From the human T2T-CHM13v2.0 reference genome, Homo sapiens, in assembly GCF_009914755.1 (NCBI RefSeq), contig NC_060926.1: a stretch of 64,000 nucleotides of DNA, one strand, 5' to 3'. Under the pieces are notes generated by a model. That model had not been told where the DNA came from. It worked only from the letters and a program-made list of their open reading frames with translations, and did not search any database. The position numbers and the translations under genes are program-made. This document shows positions 13,705 to 31,669 of the stretch, one piece after another; position 1 is the stretch's first letter, and each line of letters opens with the position of its first letter.

Positions 13705-15003
13705 CAATAGCCTAGTTTTTAGCCATGGCAATTCTCAGTGTGGGAGGGGCAATAGGAAGGAAGGGATGAAGTGAGGGAAGTCACAGGGGAGAACTTGACA
13801 GGGCTTGCTGGTCTCATTATATAATTTAGAATTAATTATTTACGTAGACAAAGAAATGACAATTGCTCAAAGCAGAGTCACAGTATAAACAGATGTTATG
13901 TGAAAATATTTTGGAGCTTCTCATATGGATCCAATTCAGGCGGGCGGTAAACCATGCCAAAATATGCAGGTATTGAATGCTGTAATTGTACAGAACTACT
14001 ACAAGATGCAAACTTGAACACTGTAGACTCATTTTAACTGTGAACCAAGTTTGAACTGTCTGGAGGGAGAACGCCTATATGCTATGTTGTCTCCTTTAAG
14101 ACCTGCAATAAAGGGAAAATAGAAACATGGAATTTAAAAAAATTCTATCCTCTTTTTTAGACATATCCAAAGAATTAGGTTAAATAACAAAATTTAGGCA
14201 AACCAAAGTGGTATTTGAATGGCTTCTGCACCTCTTAATAACTTTCTAAAGTCAAATTGGTATAAGAGCAGTTGTATCTGGAAAGGGTTAGGGGGAAAAA
14301 GGCTATTGTCCATCTTTTAGATTTAAGCGCATTTTAAAGTGAGAGCTTAAATAAAAACAAAGAACTTCTATAAATTGAGTGAGAGCTCAAGTTTAAAAAA
14401 TGAGAGCTCCTATACGAAATAGAGGGGTTTGGTCTAATAACAGGGATGAGATGCAAAACTAAATACATTGTCTATGGTGCATTCATTAGAGAACCAAAAG
14501 ACGTACCACTTATATTTACGCTTTGGAGATTGCTAGCTATTGTTCACTTATACCCACTTGTTTCATTTTTGCAAGTGACTTCTGAAACTACTTAAATTCA
14601 ACCTTAGATTTCTGAGGTTTGCGGGATAGTGAAAGCTGAAGAAAATGGGAGGGAAATCTGACCAAATCTCCCAGGCACAATTTCCCAGGCAGAGGCTAGA
14701 ATTAAAATATACATTCTTATTCCTATTCTTAGGTAGTTATTATTCCTGTTAACACTCTACTTTTATGCAAAAATGTAAAAACCAAAGAAATTACTCAGCT
14801 ATCAAGCCAGTACGTTTAGCACTGAAAAAGAGAAATATTATGTCCTGTCAGTTTTTCCATCTCCCACTTAACACACATACAGTTTTCCTTTACTTTTGTC
14901 AGTCTCTTCTACCTTTTTAAAAATTTATTTTCCTTAACCTCCTCCTCAGTCAACCAGTCACTCACCTTTGTGAGATTATATGATACTGTGAACAGTATAT
15001 GTA

Positions 15004-17503
15004 CAAGCATACCACAGAGATACTGTAGATTCAGTTCCAGGCCACCGCAGTAAAGCAAATATTGTAATAAAGCAAGTCATGCGAATTTTTTGGTTTCCCA
15101 GGCACATAAAGGTTGAGTTTATGCTGTAGTCTATCAAGTGTGCAATACTATTATGTCTAAAAAAAAACAAACAAAAATCATAAATACCTTAATTTAAACC
15201 TACTTTATTACCAAAAAAAAATGCTAATGATTATCTGAGCCTTCAGTGAGTTATCATCTTTTTGCTGGTGGAAGGTCTTGTCTCAGTGTTAATGGTTGCT
15301 GACTGATCAGTGTGATGGTTACTAAAGGCTGGAGTAGCTGTGGCAATTCCTTAAAATAAGGCAACAGTGAAGTTTGCTGCATAGATGGACTCTTCCTTTC
15401 ATGCCAGATTTCTCTGTAGCATACAATGGTGTTTGATAGCTCTTTAGCCACAGCAGAACTTCTTTCAAAATTGGAGTCAGTCTTCTCTAACCCTGCTGCT
15501 ACTTTATCAATCAAGTTTATGTAATATTCTAAATCCTTGTCATTTCAACAATGTTTACAACATCTTCACGAGGAACAAATTCCATCTCAAGAAACCACTT
15601 TCTTTATTCATGCATAAGAGGCAACTTCTCATTTCTTCAAGTTTTATCATGAGATTATGGCAATTCAACCACATCTTCAGGCTCCCTTCTAATTATAGTT
15701 CTGTATTTCTGCCACACGTGTAGTGACTGCCTCCACTGAAATCTCGAACGCTTAAAAGTCATCCATGAAAGTTGGAATCAGCTTCTTCCAAACTCCTATT
15801 AATGTTGATGTTTTGACTTCCTCCCATGAATCAGGAATGTTCTTATTGGTGAACATTAGAATGGTGAATCCTTTCCAGAAGATTTTCAATTTGCTTTGCC
15901 CAGATCCATCAGAGGAATCACTATGTATGGTGGCTATATACCCTTGTGAAATGTATTTCTCAAATAATAAAACTTGAAAGTCTAGATTACTCCTTGTTCC
16001 ATGGCTGCGGAGTGGTTGTTGTGTTAGCAAGCATGAAAACATTAATCTCCTTGTACATCTTCATCAGAGCTCTTGTGTGACGAGGTGCTATGTCAATGAT
16101 CAGTAATATTTTGAAAGGAATCTTTTTTTTTTTTTTTTTTAAGGAGTAAGTCTCCACAATGGCCTTGAAATATTCAGTAAACCGTGCTGTAAACAGAAGT
16201 ATTGTCTTCTGGGCTTCATTGTTCCACTTACAGTCCTCAGGCAGAGTAGGTTTAGCCTAATTCTTTAGGGCTGTGGGATTTTCGGGTGGTGAATGAGCAT
16301 TGGCTTCAGCCTAAAGTCACCAGGTGTATTAGCCCCTAATAGGAGAGTCAGCCTGTCCTTTGAAGTCAGGCATTGACTTCTCTCTAGCTATGAAAGTCCT
16401 AGATGACATCTTCTTCTAAAAGAAGGTTGTTTTGTCTTCCTAGAAAATCTGTTTAGTGCAGCCACCTTCATCAATGGTCTTAGTCAGATCTTCTGGATAA
16501 CTTGCTGCAGTTTCTCCATCACTACTTGCTGTTTCATTGTGCACTTTTATGTTATGGGGATGGCTTCTTTCCTTAAACCTCATGAACCATCTCTACTAGA
16601 TTCAAACTTTCTTCTGCAGCTTCTCCACCTTTCTCAGCCTTCACAGAATTGAAGAGAGTTAGGGCCTAGCTCTGAATTAGGCTTTGACTGAAGAGAATGT
16701 TATGGCTGGTTTGATCTATCTAGACCACTCAGACTTTCCCCGTATCAGCAATAAGGCCATTTCGCTTTCTTATCACTTGTGTATTCCCTGGAGGAGCACT
16801 TTTAATTTCCTTCAAGAGCTTTTCCTTTGCATTCATAACTTGGTTAACAGTTTGGTACAGGAGGCCCAGCTTTCGGCCTGTCTCAGTTTTCGACATGCCT
16901 TTCTCACTAAACTTAATCATTTCTAGCTTTCTTTTCATTTGATACATTGTAATTATACATATTTATGGAGTACAATTTTCTGTTTCAATACAGGTATATG
17001 TTGTATTATGATCAAATCAGGGTATTTAGCATGATGATCACCTGATACATTTATCATTTCTTTTTGGTAAGGACATTCAGAGGCCTCGCTTCTAGTTCTT
17101 CTGTGATCCACAGTCCCTCATCATTTCTAGCTTTTGATTTAAAGTAGGGTATGTGTGACTCTTCCTTTTACTTGAACGCTGAGAGGCACTGTAGGGTTAT
17201 TAATTGTCTAATTTCAATATTGTTGTGTCTTAGGGAAGCGGGAGGCCTGAGGAGAGGGAGAAGATAGGAGAGTAGCTGGTCAGTGGAGCAGTCAGAACAT
17301 ACACAGCATTTATCAGTTAAGTTCACTGTCCTATATGTGTGCAGTTTGTGGTGCCCCCAAACAATTGCAATAGTAGCATCAAAGATTACTGTTTGCAGAT
17401 CACCATAACAAATGTAATAATAATGAAAAGATTTGAAATATTGTGAGAGTTACCAAAATGTGACAGAGACACGAAGTAAGCACACAGTGTTGGAAAAATG
17501 GCT
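15004..17503 (-). mobile_element. Near full-length Tigger1 (TcMar-Tigger) with a decayed transposase, missing roughly the first 100 bp
   Basis: TA|caagcataccacagagata terminal repeat. Translated remnants include [24 protein letters not shown] (HTH), DSSDGSGQSKLKIFWKGFTI...SWEEVK, and DSNFERSS...CYREI. Confidence 0.95.
16931..17119 (-). mobile_element. Short L1MA-type 3' end inserted in the Tigger1 transposase
   Basis: 15-bp TSD atcatttctagcttt at 16916-16930 and 17120-17134, with L1MA 3'UTR motifs. Confidence 0.8.
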
Positions 17504-17548
17504 GATCTTGTGTTATTTGTATTTCCCTACTTCACCTCATATTGCTTT

Positions 17549-17894
<346 letters not shown>

Positions 17895-18208
17895 TAAAAA
17901 CATTTTGAGTATATTTTTCTAAGAAATAGGGAATTTTTTAAAACCGTAATACCATTGCACTTAAAACATCAGTAATAATTTGTAAGAAACTTTTGATTGA
18001 GTTTCTGATTTTAATTGAATAAATTTATATCCTTTACTAGAGCAGACTGTAATAGAGGCCTGTAATTTAGCAGCATCTAAATCTGGTGAAACATTACAAA
18101 AATCATAAATAGAGACAGCATATTTGATATATTTTGTCTTGTTAAAAATATTTGTTGAAGAAAAGTACCCTAAATGGAAGCCAAAAGATACTAAGTGAAT
18201 ATTTATAA

Positions 18209-18527
<319 letters not shown>

Positions 18528-19199
18528 ATTATAAGTTTTAATATTAACAAAGCTAGAATTAAAAATATGTTCTATTTAGCAGAAGTTGCTCTGAGCTTAC
18601 CAGGTACATCAGTATACTTCAAAATAATATTTTCAATTAAAATTATTGTGTCCCCTAGAAAAGAGTCAATAAAAGAGTCAACAATTTTAAATGTGTAAAC
18701 AATGAATCTGACAATTAACAATAAAGAACAACTTTGAAGTAGCAGGTAATCTTAGGAAAAAATAAAAAATACTAAGATCATATTGAAAGAATATATTCAT
18801 TAGTAAAATATCAATGACATGGTATTAGCATAAAATATGACTAAAACACTGATTAAAGCATATGAATGTCTACTCAGAATAATTAATTTTAATTCTGTAA
18901 TAGATTATGGAAATGTACAAAATTATAATTGTACAGCTTGATTAATTCTCCTTTATTATTTTTTAATGTTCACATAATCAGCATTAAAATTTTTTTACTT
19001 TAATGTAGTTTTATTTTTCAATAATTTTGTTTTTGAAAATAATTTTTGAATAGAATCATCTTATAAGTCCCCAGATGGAGTAAAACCAATTTATTGATCA
19101 ACAGTTTGTTGGTTGATAAATATGTTTATTTAAACCGTGTAATTTAAATTATTTTCTTTAGTGCTCTGGTTCACTTTCAAAAGTGTTGCAGTTTGTACA

Positions 19200-20300
19200 T
19201 TACATTATGTGGTTGCCTAACTAAGCATTATCAAGTACTTGTATATCAGATATGGATGTGGTTATGAATTGTGCTATGTCAACCTATCAACAGAGAACAG
19301 AGAGTTTCTGCCAGGAAATGATAATGGACAGAACTAGTTTCCAAAGGGCCTTAAATGCCCTGTATCAAGATTACCTAACCCTGTAGATGTGGGAGCCTAT
19401 TGTGGTTTTGAATTAAAAAGTGATATGACAAAAGTGGTATTATGGGAAGTTTAAATAAGGAATGAATATCATGGGTGAGTTATCAGTGGCTTGAGTGGTA
19501 AGCATGGAAAACATAGAATGACTGAAGCCTCATTACAGAGGAAATTTTCTGGGACTTACACATTGGGCTGGCAGTATTGAGGGAGACGTTGGAATCAGAG
19601 AGGAGGCCAGTTTTCTCAATTTTCTGATTAAAAAGGAAAATGTCTCTATTGATAGCCATAGGGATTTAGGAGGAAGGGAAAATATCTTTTGCCAGCAAGG
19701 TGATGTGGTTTTGGATGTTGAATATGAGGAGATGGTGCTGTATTGTAGCAGAGATGGTTGCTAGTCCATTGGAGATAAAAGCCCTAGTGAAGCCCAACAG
19801 TGAGGCCTGAGCATGCAGATGGGGCTTTTCTGTGGAAGTTACTTGAAACCATGAAAGTGAGTTCTTCACAGAAAACTGTGTTGGAAGAGAATAACAGGCA
19901 ATGTCCTGAGCTTTGGGCATCTCCTGAAGTTGGAAGAAGATAGGATAAATGGCACCAGTGAAACAGGACTCAAAGTACATCAGAGTCTTGGTCAGAGGGA
20001 TAGAAGGAAACCCCAGCAAGGGGTTCATGGCACCTAAAACAAGAGCAAATGTCAGCGAGTTATGTCACATGTAGTGATAAAGTGCAGAGGGCTATGAAGA
20101 GGTCATTGGATTTGGAGCTCACTGATGACATTCAAAAACAGATTCAGGAGAGTAAAGGGTGAGTGATAGATGAAGAAAAGGAGATAGAATCTATAGACTG
20201 TTCCTTTTAGGAGCACGTCAGAGAGATGAGAGACAAATGTAGAGTGTTGTACTCAGAGGGGCAGAAAAGTCAGGTAAAACATTTCAAGATACTGGAGACC
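19200..20300 (-). mobile_element. Degraded L2 fragments
   Basis: Purine-rich reverse L2 motifs (tggttttggatgttgaatatgag, ggtcattggatttgg...ctgatgac). Confidence 0.55.
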
Positions 20301-20949
20301 TTTACATGGAGGAAGGCAGAAATGAAAGACTCCTGTGGATAAAGGAGAGATTGAATATTGTAAGGAGAGAGGGGAGATAAATAGGGAATATCATTCTAGG
20401 GGAGAGTGGAATGAGGAGAAGAGATGAAGATATTAGCTTTGGAAATAAGGAATAGTATTAAAAATGAGACTGGAAAATGAGAACATTAACATTATAATAG
20501 CTATTTCTATTCATTAAGCATCTATATTCTAAGCTCTTATGTAAGTATGAACTCTTTGTAAACCATTGAGGTATTGAGGGGGATACAGGAGAATTGTGTT
20601 AAGACACAGACTCCTGCCCTCCAGGGGTTTATATAGGTTAAATGGAGAGAGGAGGCATGAATAGCATTGTGTGTAGCCAAGGAATTGAGTGAATAGGCAA
20701 CATGCTTTGGGTGCCTGGCAATGCTTTTGGGTGGCCTTGTAAATAAGGATGTGAATGGTCAGAAAAAGCCTGATGGAAGTGAATATTGGTGTGAACTACC
20801 AGGAATGGTTGGGATTTGGATAGGTGGAAAAAATTGGGAAAATATGTTTCAAGGAAGGAGACTAGCGGATGTAAAAACCAACCCTGCAGAGAGCAGTTTC
20901 TTGGTAACTATCAGTTTTGGTGGTTTATATTTTATTCAGTTATAATAAT

Positions 20950-21190
20950 GAGAATAGCAACTAATGCTGAGTATTTACTCAGTGCCAGGTACTGTTCTAG
21001 AAGCATTTTCCATATATTTTTAATTCTCTGCAGTCACTGAGTTACTTATTGTTTTTACCCTACTTTCATAAATGAAGAAATAGAGGGTTAAGTAATTTGT
21101 ACTAGATTTTACAGTTTATGAGGGATGGGGCTGGGATTTCAACCTGAGCTTTCTGATTCCAGAGCTCTTGCTCTTAACCTCTTCACAGTT
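20950..21190. mobile_element. MIR
   Basis: Core motif agagggttaagtaatttg...ggctgggatttcaacc...ctgattccagagc. Confidence 0.75.
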
Positions 21191-23162
21191 TTGCCCTCGA
21201 GGATATCATAGTATGCTAGGACGTAATGGCAGATTTGGTTGAGGTCAAGTTATAAAAAGCCCTGAATACCAGTCTGTCAGGTTTGAACTTTTTTCATCCT
21301 TTAATGAAGAGCCATCGGGGCTTTCATCAGAAGCAAAGTGAGAATGTAAGATTGATGTTTGGGAACCATCCAGCACATGTTAGGGAGTGACTCTCTTTGA
21401 GACCAGGGATTTAACTGAGCCGACCTTTCCAAGGCCATTGCTATACATAAGACCAGACTTCTACGATACAGTACTCTGACATTTTAATCATCTTAGCGGT
21501 TTGTACATGCTGCTCTTCCTTGATTTAACTTTTTCTTTCATTTTAGCTTTTGAAAGGATAAAATATTTTTATTTGAAATGGATTTATATCGTTTCTGTTT
21601 TGAACTTATGTTATTTGTGGTGGGAAGACTTGAGGATGTTGGAACTCACATTCCAATAGGGAGGATAGGATGAACATGTGTGAATAATATGTACGGAAAA
21701 AAGACATTCTTTCCTTTTTATTTTTCCCTTCTAATATTGGTAAGCAGTACAGAATGAAAGTCTTAAGGTGTAACTTGCATAACTGCCAAGAAATGTGAGT
21801 ACTGTGATAACATCTGGGCTGTAGGTGTGACTGATGCATAGTGGGGAGGCCGAAAGCTTTGCTACCATAGACCTGATTCTGAATTCTGGTAATCCCGAGG
21901 AAGATAACAAAGGCAAATCTCTTCATCTTTCTGAGCTTTTAAATAATGGAGTTTATAATCTCTACCTGGATTTGCTGCTGAGAAAATTAGAGCCAGTATA
22001 TGTTAGGTGTCTAACATATTTCCTGGCCCATAGTAAGTTCGCAATAATAGATGTTACGTAGTCGTTCTTTTCTTTTCTGCCTGTTGCACTGTAGAAAAAC
22101 CATTGTTGCCCCATTATCTGTAGCCTAAAATTAGGGAGATATATCTAACAGGAGAATCTCACATGCAGATGACATATAAACACCTGTGTTACTTTGCATT
22201 GTGAATTATTTGAAAAGACTCAGCAAATATAAAGACCAGTGGTAACCAAATCTAGGACAAGAATTAAGAGAAGGGCATTCAGTAATTAATAACCTCTAGT
22301 AAAAGAAAAAGTATGTATAAAATTTAGTTGATCCTTTAGTTTAAGGGAAGACACTGAAATAGAAGAAATTATTCCTTTGGAGAGATCAGGAAGCTGGTAG
22401 GTTAAGATTTATATTTCCTCATGGAAGGAGAACTTAGAATTTAGTAAATGAGAAACTTGGCTATGAAGGAGTTGGCAGTGCACATGAGGAAAAAAATGAG
22501 CATCAAGCATCACTTTAGGAAAAGCTACTATCAGACACCATTGATGTCACTCTTGGATTTCACTTCGGTCATTTCCTGTTTAATGATACCACATTCAACA
22601 ACTCATCTGTGTTTGGGGTCACAGAAATCAGGCAGGGGTACAGAAAGAGTGGAGAGTGTGGTATGGCTTTAGGATTAGATTATTCTACATTAACCTTTAT
22701 TATATGTGACAGAAAAATTCAAAACAGTTGATCATATGAGGGAAATTAGCCAAAAGTTTGAATACTGATTATCAATGATGTGGAAACTTTCAAGAGGAAG
22801 GGAGTTTGAGTAGTAGGTTCATAAGTGGTACCCATTGCAGATGTGTCTTAAATACCCTTGTAAAAATTAACTTTTTAATTATAAAAGTTATCTATGCCAG
22901 TTGTCTAGTGGTGCTTAGTTTTTGCTAGCCCTCAGGGTAGCAAACTTTAATTTTTATTTTAATTATTAAGGTTTAATAAGTATTACAGTCACTGTCTTCA
23001 GCACACATATTTCACACTTGGGTTGAGGAACCATTGTGTGGCTTTAAGCCAGTTATTTCCTTTGTAAGCATCATTTTCCTCTAGATCTCTTTTGAACTGA
23101 TTTCTAAGGTCTCTAATTGAATTGATTCCCTTCCAGTTCTTCAAACCTGCTAATTCTAAATA

Positions 23163-23532
23163 CCGGACGATCCCTGACTTACAATAGTTCCACTTAATAA
23201 CTTTTTGACTTTATGATGGTGCAAAAATGATACATTTTCAGTAGAAACTATGCTTAGAGTAACCATACATCTATTCTGTTGATAACTTTCAGTATAGTAG
23301 TCAATAAATTCCATGAGACACTCCACACTTTTTAAAAAATAAAATCGGCTTTGTGCTACATGATTTTCTCTATCTGTAGTCTAATGTAAGTGTTCTGAGC
23401 ATGTTTAAGGTATGCTAGGTGAAGCTATTAGGTTCAGCAGATCAAGTGAATTTAATGTATTTTTGACTTAACAATATTTTCAATTTATGATGGATTTATC
23501 AGAACATAACCCTATAAGTTGAAGTGCTTCTA
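23163..23532 (-). mobile_element. MER47A-like Tigger MITE
   Basis: TA-flanked; cctgacttacaat...taatgtaagtgttctgagcatgtttaagg...taagttgaag. Confidence 0.7.
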
Positions 23533-23561
23533 TATTCCATTCTATTGTCAATGTCCTTATT

Positions 23562-23580
23562 TTGCCACTAGATGGCAATT
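23562..23580 (+). promoter_or_regulatory. Candidate CTCF site
   Basis: TTGCCACTAGATGGCAATT matches the core CCASYAGRKGGC at 12/12. Occupancy is not demonstrable from sequence. Confidence 0.6.
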
Positions 23581-24675
23581 GTGTACCTTCGAACCCAGTC
23601 CCCTCTGGGTTTTCAGAATCTGGGGCATCTGGAGAACTCAGGAATTTTAGCCTAGTCCACCCCTGCTTATTTCACACTTGGGGAACTGAGACTCATAGGT
23701 TAAGTGACATAGCCAGGGTCGTAACAGTTACTCAGAGCCACTTGAATCCCAGTCGTCTTTCTCCTCTATCACACTCTAGGGGACTTTGTGAGGGAAATTC
23801 AAAGAAACCATGCTCTCAACCTTTTGAGTTCTTTGTGAATTATTTTTAAAATAATTTAAAGCCATTGGTTAAGTACAGGTATTATCACATTCAAAATAAA
23901 CAGTTGGCCTGCTTTTGTGTTTCTCTATTGGCTCCCTGAGACAGAAACGCTAGACAGTCAGCTTTTAAAGGTTATTGGCTGCATACAGCCAGCTTGCCTT
24001 CACGATTTGCCCTGGAAATAAGCTCTGCAGAAATCTCAACCAGGGCCTCTCTATCAGGTGATTATCTCCCTCCATTCTTGCCCCATCCTGTGGCCACCCA
24101 TTTTTCTATGTTTTCTTTTGTCCACCTGACTAGCCCAATCAAGAGAGCGTTTGTGGGGGAAGAGATATGCTCCTGGTTCTTAAAGAATTATCTTTTGGGT
24201 TTTCCCAGCACATGTTAACTGCCCTGTTTCCCCCTCTCTCTTTATTGGTGACAAGGATGGTATTGCCGTAAATCATGGCTTGTGTATAGGCAGAATGGTG
24301 TTGTCGGAGGCAGAGAGGACGTGGTCTTTGGAGTCACACTGACTGTGTCGAACCTCTCCTCTGTCTGTGACTGACTCTGACTCTTTGTCGCCTCTCTTAG
24401 GAGAGTGAGATTGACCACCTTGCAGGGTGGGTGTGAGGAACGCATGAGTAATGTGTGGAAAGCTCATGGTGTCAGTGCTTGGCACACATAGCAGATGCTC
24501 ATTAAGAGCTAATTATTTTGGTTGTTATTGTAAAGAGAGGAACAGGAGTAACTATAATATATGAAAGAAGCTCAAGGGAGGATCTCAGCCAAAGGAGCTA
24601 GTTTTTTATTGGAGAAAGAAGGGAAGGATGCAAGGTATTCCAGGGCCTATGTCAGTGTTTTAGAGAAATAGTGTA

Positions 24676-25303
24676 ACTGTGTTAATAATGGTAGCCACTA
24701 GCCATGTGTGACAATGGACACTTGAAATGTGACTAGTTGAAATTGATCCATGCTGTGTTGAATTCACATCAAATTTCACAAATTTGTGTTGAATTCACAT
24801 CTTTGAATTCACATCAAAGACTTGGTGTGAAAAAGTGGATATAAAATATCTCAATAACTTTGTATAGTAATAATATATTGAAGGAATCGCATATTGGATA
24901 TGTAGAGTTAAATAAAATGTTATTAAAATAAATTTCACCCTTCCTTTTACTTTTTTTTTTTTTTTTGAGACAGAGTCTCATTTTTTAGCCCAGGCCAGAG
25001 TGCAGTGGCGTGATTGTGGCTCACTGCAACCTCCACCTCCCGGTTCAAGTGATTCTCCCACCTCAGTCTCCCGAGTAGCTGGGATTACAGACGCATGCCT
25101 GCTCATTTCTTTTGTATCTTTAGTAGAGACAGGGTTTTACCATTTTGGCCAGGCTGGTCTTGAACTCCTGACCTCAAGTGATCTGCCCACCTCAGCCTCC
25201 CAAAGTGCAGGGATTACAGGCACGGACCACCTTCCTTTGACTTTTTGAAATGTAGAAAATATAATGAGGCTACTAGCATGATACTTTTATGTGATAGCAC
25301 TGG
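24676..25303 (-). mobile_element. MER33-like hAT element interrupted by an antisense Alu (~24950-25230)
   Basis: atggtagccactagccatgtgtg...cacttgaaatgtgactag. The Alu is flanked by ccttccttt(t/g)actttt. Confidence 0.75.
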
Positions 25304-25928
25304 ACGAGAAGATAGAGATTTTTGTACCCAAACATATACAACTATGTTCTGAGGAATCGAGAGAGGTTTTTTTTGAAGCTTCTTTTGATTTTGTTTTTCT
25401 TTTATGATGTTCTGTTCTTAAGAGTATGACTATTCTGAACTGAGATGCCAGTCACTATTGGTAATAGCAGTTTAAGTAATAGTTTAAAAAGAAAAAAGTA
25501 AAAGAGGCACCAAATATTGTCTGTAGTCCCCCAAATTCTGAAGACCTCAAAAAAGAAAAGCCATTGGATGATTTCAAAGAACACCACTGTGTGCAAAGCT
25601 CATTTCCCTTCTTGTTGTCAGTAGATAAAACCTAGCAGTTAACGATCCTAGGATTTTTCCTTCCAATGCAAAGTATTAAAACACTGCAAAAATAACCAAG
25701 AGTAAAAGGAAAAGAGAACCATAATACTTAATGTTAAATTAAGTCATCTGTCTGATTTTCATTAAATTTGTTTTGGTTTTAAAGACATTGGTTACAAACC
25801 ATTCAGTAGTTTTAAAAATTAAAAATAAAAGATAACCTCATCACCAGTCTGTTTTAGAGCTAGAAGGTAATTGCTAATTTTGGACATTTGCAACCCTTGT
25901 AAATCTTCTTAGATGGATTTAAAAATGA

Positions 25929-26264
<336 letters not shown>

Positions 26265-26419
26265 ACACATGTGGTTCTTATAACAACACATGGGAAATAG
26301 TATCTGTTCTTTGCTGATGCAGAAAACAAGCAGAGCACATGCATTTTGAGGACCTTGAGGTCAGTTCTCATTGTTCTTGATTTAGTCTCAAAATAAGAAT
26401 CCCTTATTCCAAGTAAACT

Positions 26420-26605
26420 TGGTATCATAATTCTTTGTATCTAAGATGCCATCGGTTGTAAGAAGTACCTTTAAGTACCACTTTGTATAGAAAAAAAAAT
26501 GTTGCCAATAAAACTGATAAGCTATTGGTTTTTCAGATGCATCTCTATTTCAGAAATGTTAAATGGTGGGGAAAAAAGTACACTTTAACATTGATGAAAT
26601 ATAAT
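26420..26605. mobile_element. Possible MER104-like TcMar relic
   Basis: ctaagatgccatcggttgtaag ... ttcagaaatgttaaa ... ttgatgaaata. Recall only. Confidence 0.35.
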
Positions 26606-27295
26606 ACACAGATTTTGAAACTTTTTACTTGGTTGGAGTTTAGAGAGCTTGTTTTACATGTTAGCATCAGACTTTAGGTTCTCTCAGAATGTATCATGTT
26701 CAGCAAGTGTGGTTTGGTGCATTGAAGCTCTTTTCATTTAATTTTATTAAAAAACAGATGAAAGCAAAGTGGTGAGCTCATTTTTAGGTTGTTGAAAGTT
26801 CCATGATTCAAAAAAGTGAACTTCTAACTTTTAGTTTCAACCTAGTACCTCTGCTTCTGCCCCCTCCCAGTAGACATATATCCATCCTCTTTTCAGTCAT
26901 TACCTGTCCCTCTAACAAAATCTGTTCTCCATAAAGGCTCCTGATAACAGTTATTTATAGCCTCCTGTGAATTCATGGCAAAGCGTTAAATGGCCCAAGT
27001 CTGCTTGCTTTCTAAGCTTTATCTCTAATTACTGGCTAAAAATCTTTATCTGCTTAAAGAACTTTCAGGCCTCTGCTAGCCACATGGAACAAGTTTTGTG
27101 GGAATGGCTGAAGGAGGAGTGATGTAGAGGCAGCCTCCTACTCTGCCTCTATGGAAGGCTGTGGATAGAGAACAGAGTACCTCATTTTCTTTCCTAACCT
27201 AAACTGTCCAAGTAAATCTGACAGCTGGCTCAGTGCCTTTCTGGAAGTCAGTAAGAAAGGAGACTTCGATCTGCTTATAAAGTTGCCTTTGCTGA

Positions 27296-27686
<391 letters not shown>

Positions 27687-28049
27687 TAGTTTTATCTCCC
27701 TTTTGACAGAGGCTATTGAATTTTAAGGAAATATTATGATGTACAGATTTTTTTTTGTAATCTGAATAGCTACTTCCTATTTTATCTGTTTTCTAAATCT
27801 CAGTGTTTACACATCTAATTGGCTTAGGTCATACTTTACATTTTGAGTAACTATTTGGTAATCCAGATTCTGAACCTCCTTTTTCTAAATTAATTTCAGG
27901 CATGCCTAAAGCAGATATATGCTAGGGCAGTTTGGCTCTTGGTTAAGCTGCAGAAGTTCTTGTGGTCTAGTTTGAAGATGAAAACAGAAATTTCTTTTTT
28001 TGAGTTTGTAATACATTCATCAGTTGTGAATCTGCTGATACTTTGTATA

Positions 28050-28375
28050 TGGTGGTCCCTCAGAATGCATGGGGGATTGCTTCCAGGCGTCACCGCCCCC
28101 AACCCCAATACCAAAATCCATGATGCTCAAGTCCATTGTATAAAATGCTGTAGTATTTTCTTATGACTTATGTACATCCTCCTATATACTTTCAATCATC
28201 TCTTGATTACTTGTGGTACCTAACACAGTGCAAATGCTATATAATTTGTATTGTTTAGGGAATAATGACAAGAAAAAAATGTTTGTACATGTTCAGTAGA
28301 GATGCAACCATCCAGTTTTTTTTTCTCCAATATTTTCACTCTGCAGCTGATTGAACCCACAGCCAACATGCCCAG
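28050..28375. mobile_element. MER2 (TcMar-Tigger)
   Basis: gggggattgcttccagg...ataccaaaatccatgatgctcaagtcc...gggaataatgacaagaaaaaa. Confidence 0.8.
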
Positions 28376-28537
28376 TAAGGAGTTTGGTTTACACTAAGTA
28401 TGGACTTTTTCCGTGAAACATATGCAATAATATTGCACTTTTTCAGTGTTTACATTGAAAATTATATGGAAAAATTTACCTCCATTGCTAAATATTCTAC
28501 ATTTAAACTAAATGTAAGGCAAATATTTATTATATAG

Positions 28538-28885
<348 letters not shown>

Positions 28886-29079
28886 TAGGATTTATAAATC
28901 TGGAAATAAGTTAATATTTCATGGTTTCATTTAGGAAATAATTTTGATAAAACAATTTTCTTGTTAAAAATATACTTCACTGAATGTATAGCAAAGTATC
29001 ATATATATTTTGTCATTCATTAGTATGTCCTGCCTATGTTAATTGCATTACTAGAAAGTTATTTTAGGGTGGAGTCTTT

Positions 29080-31660
<2,581 letters not shown>

Positions 31661-31669
31661 GATCTAAAT

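Noticed and set aside
15254-16947. Transposase-like ORF pieces suggesting a domesticated TIGD-type gene
   Set aside because: Broken by stops, frameshifts and an L1 insertion. This is an ordinary dead Tigger1.
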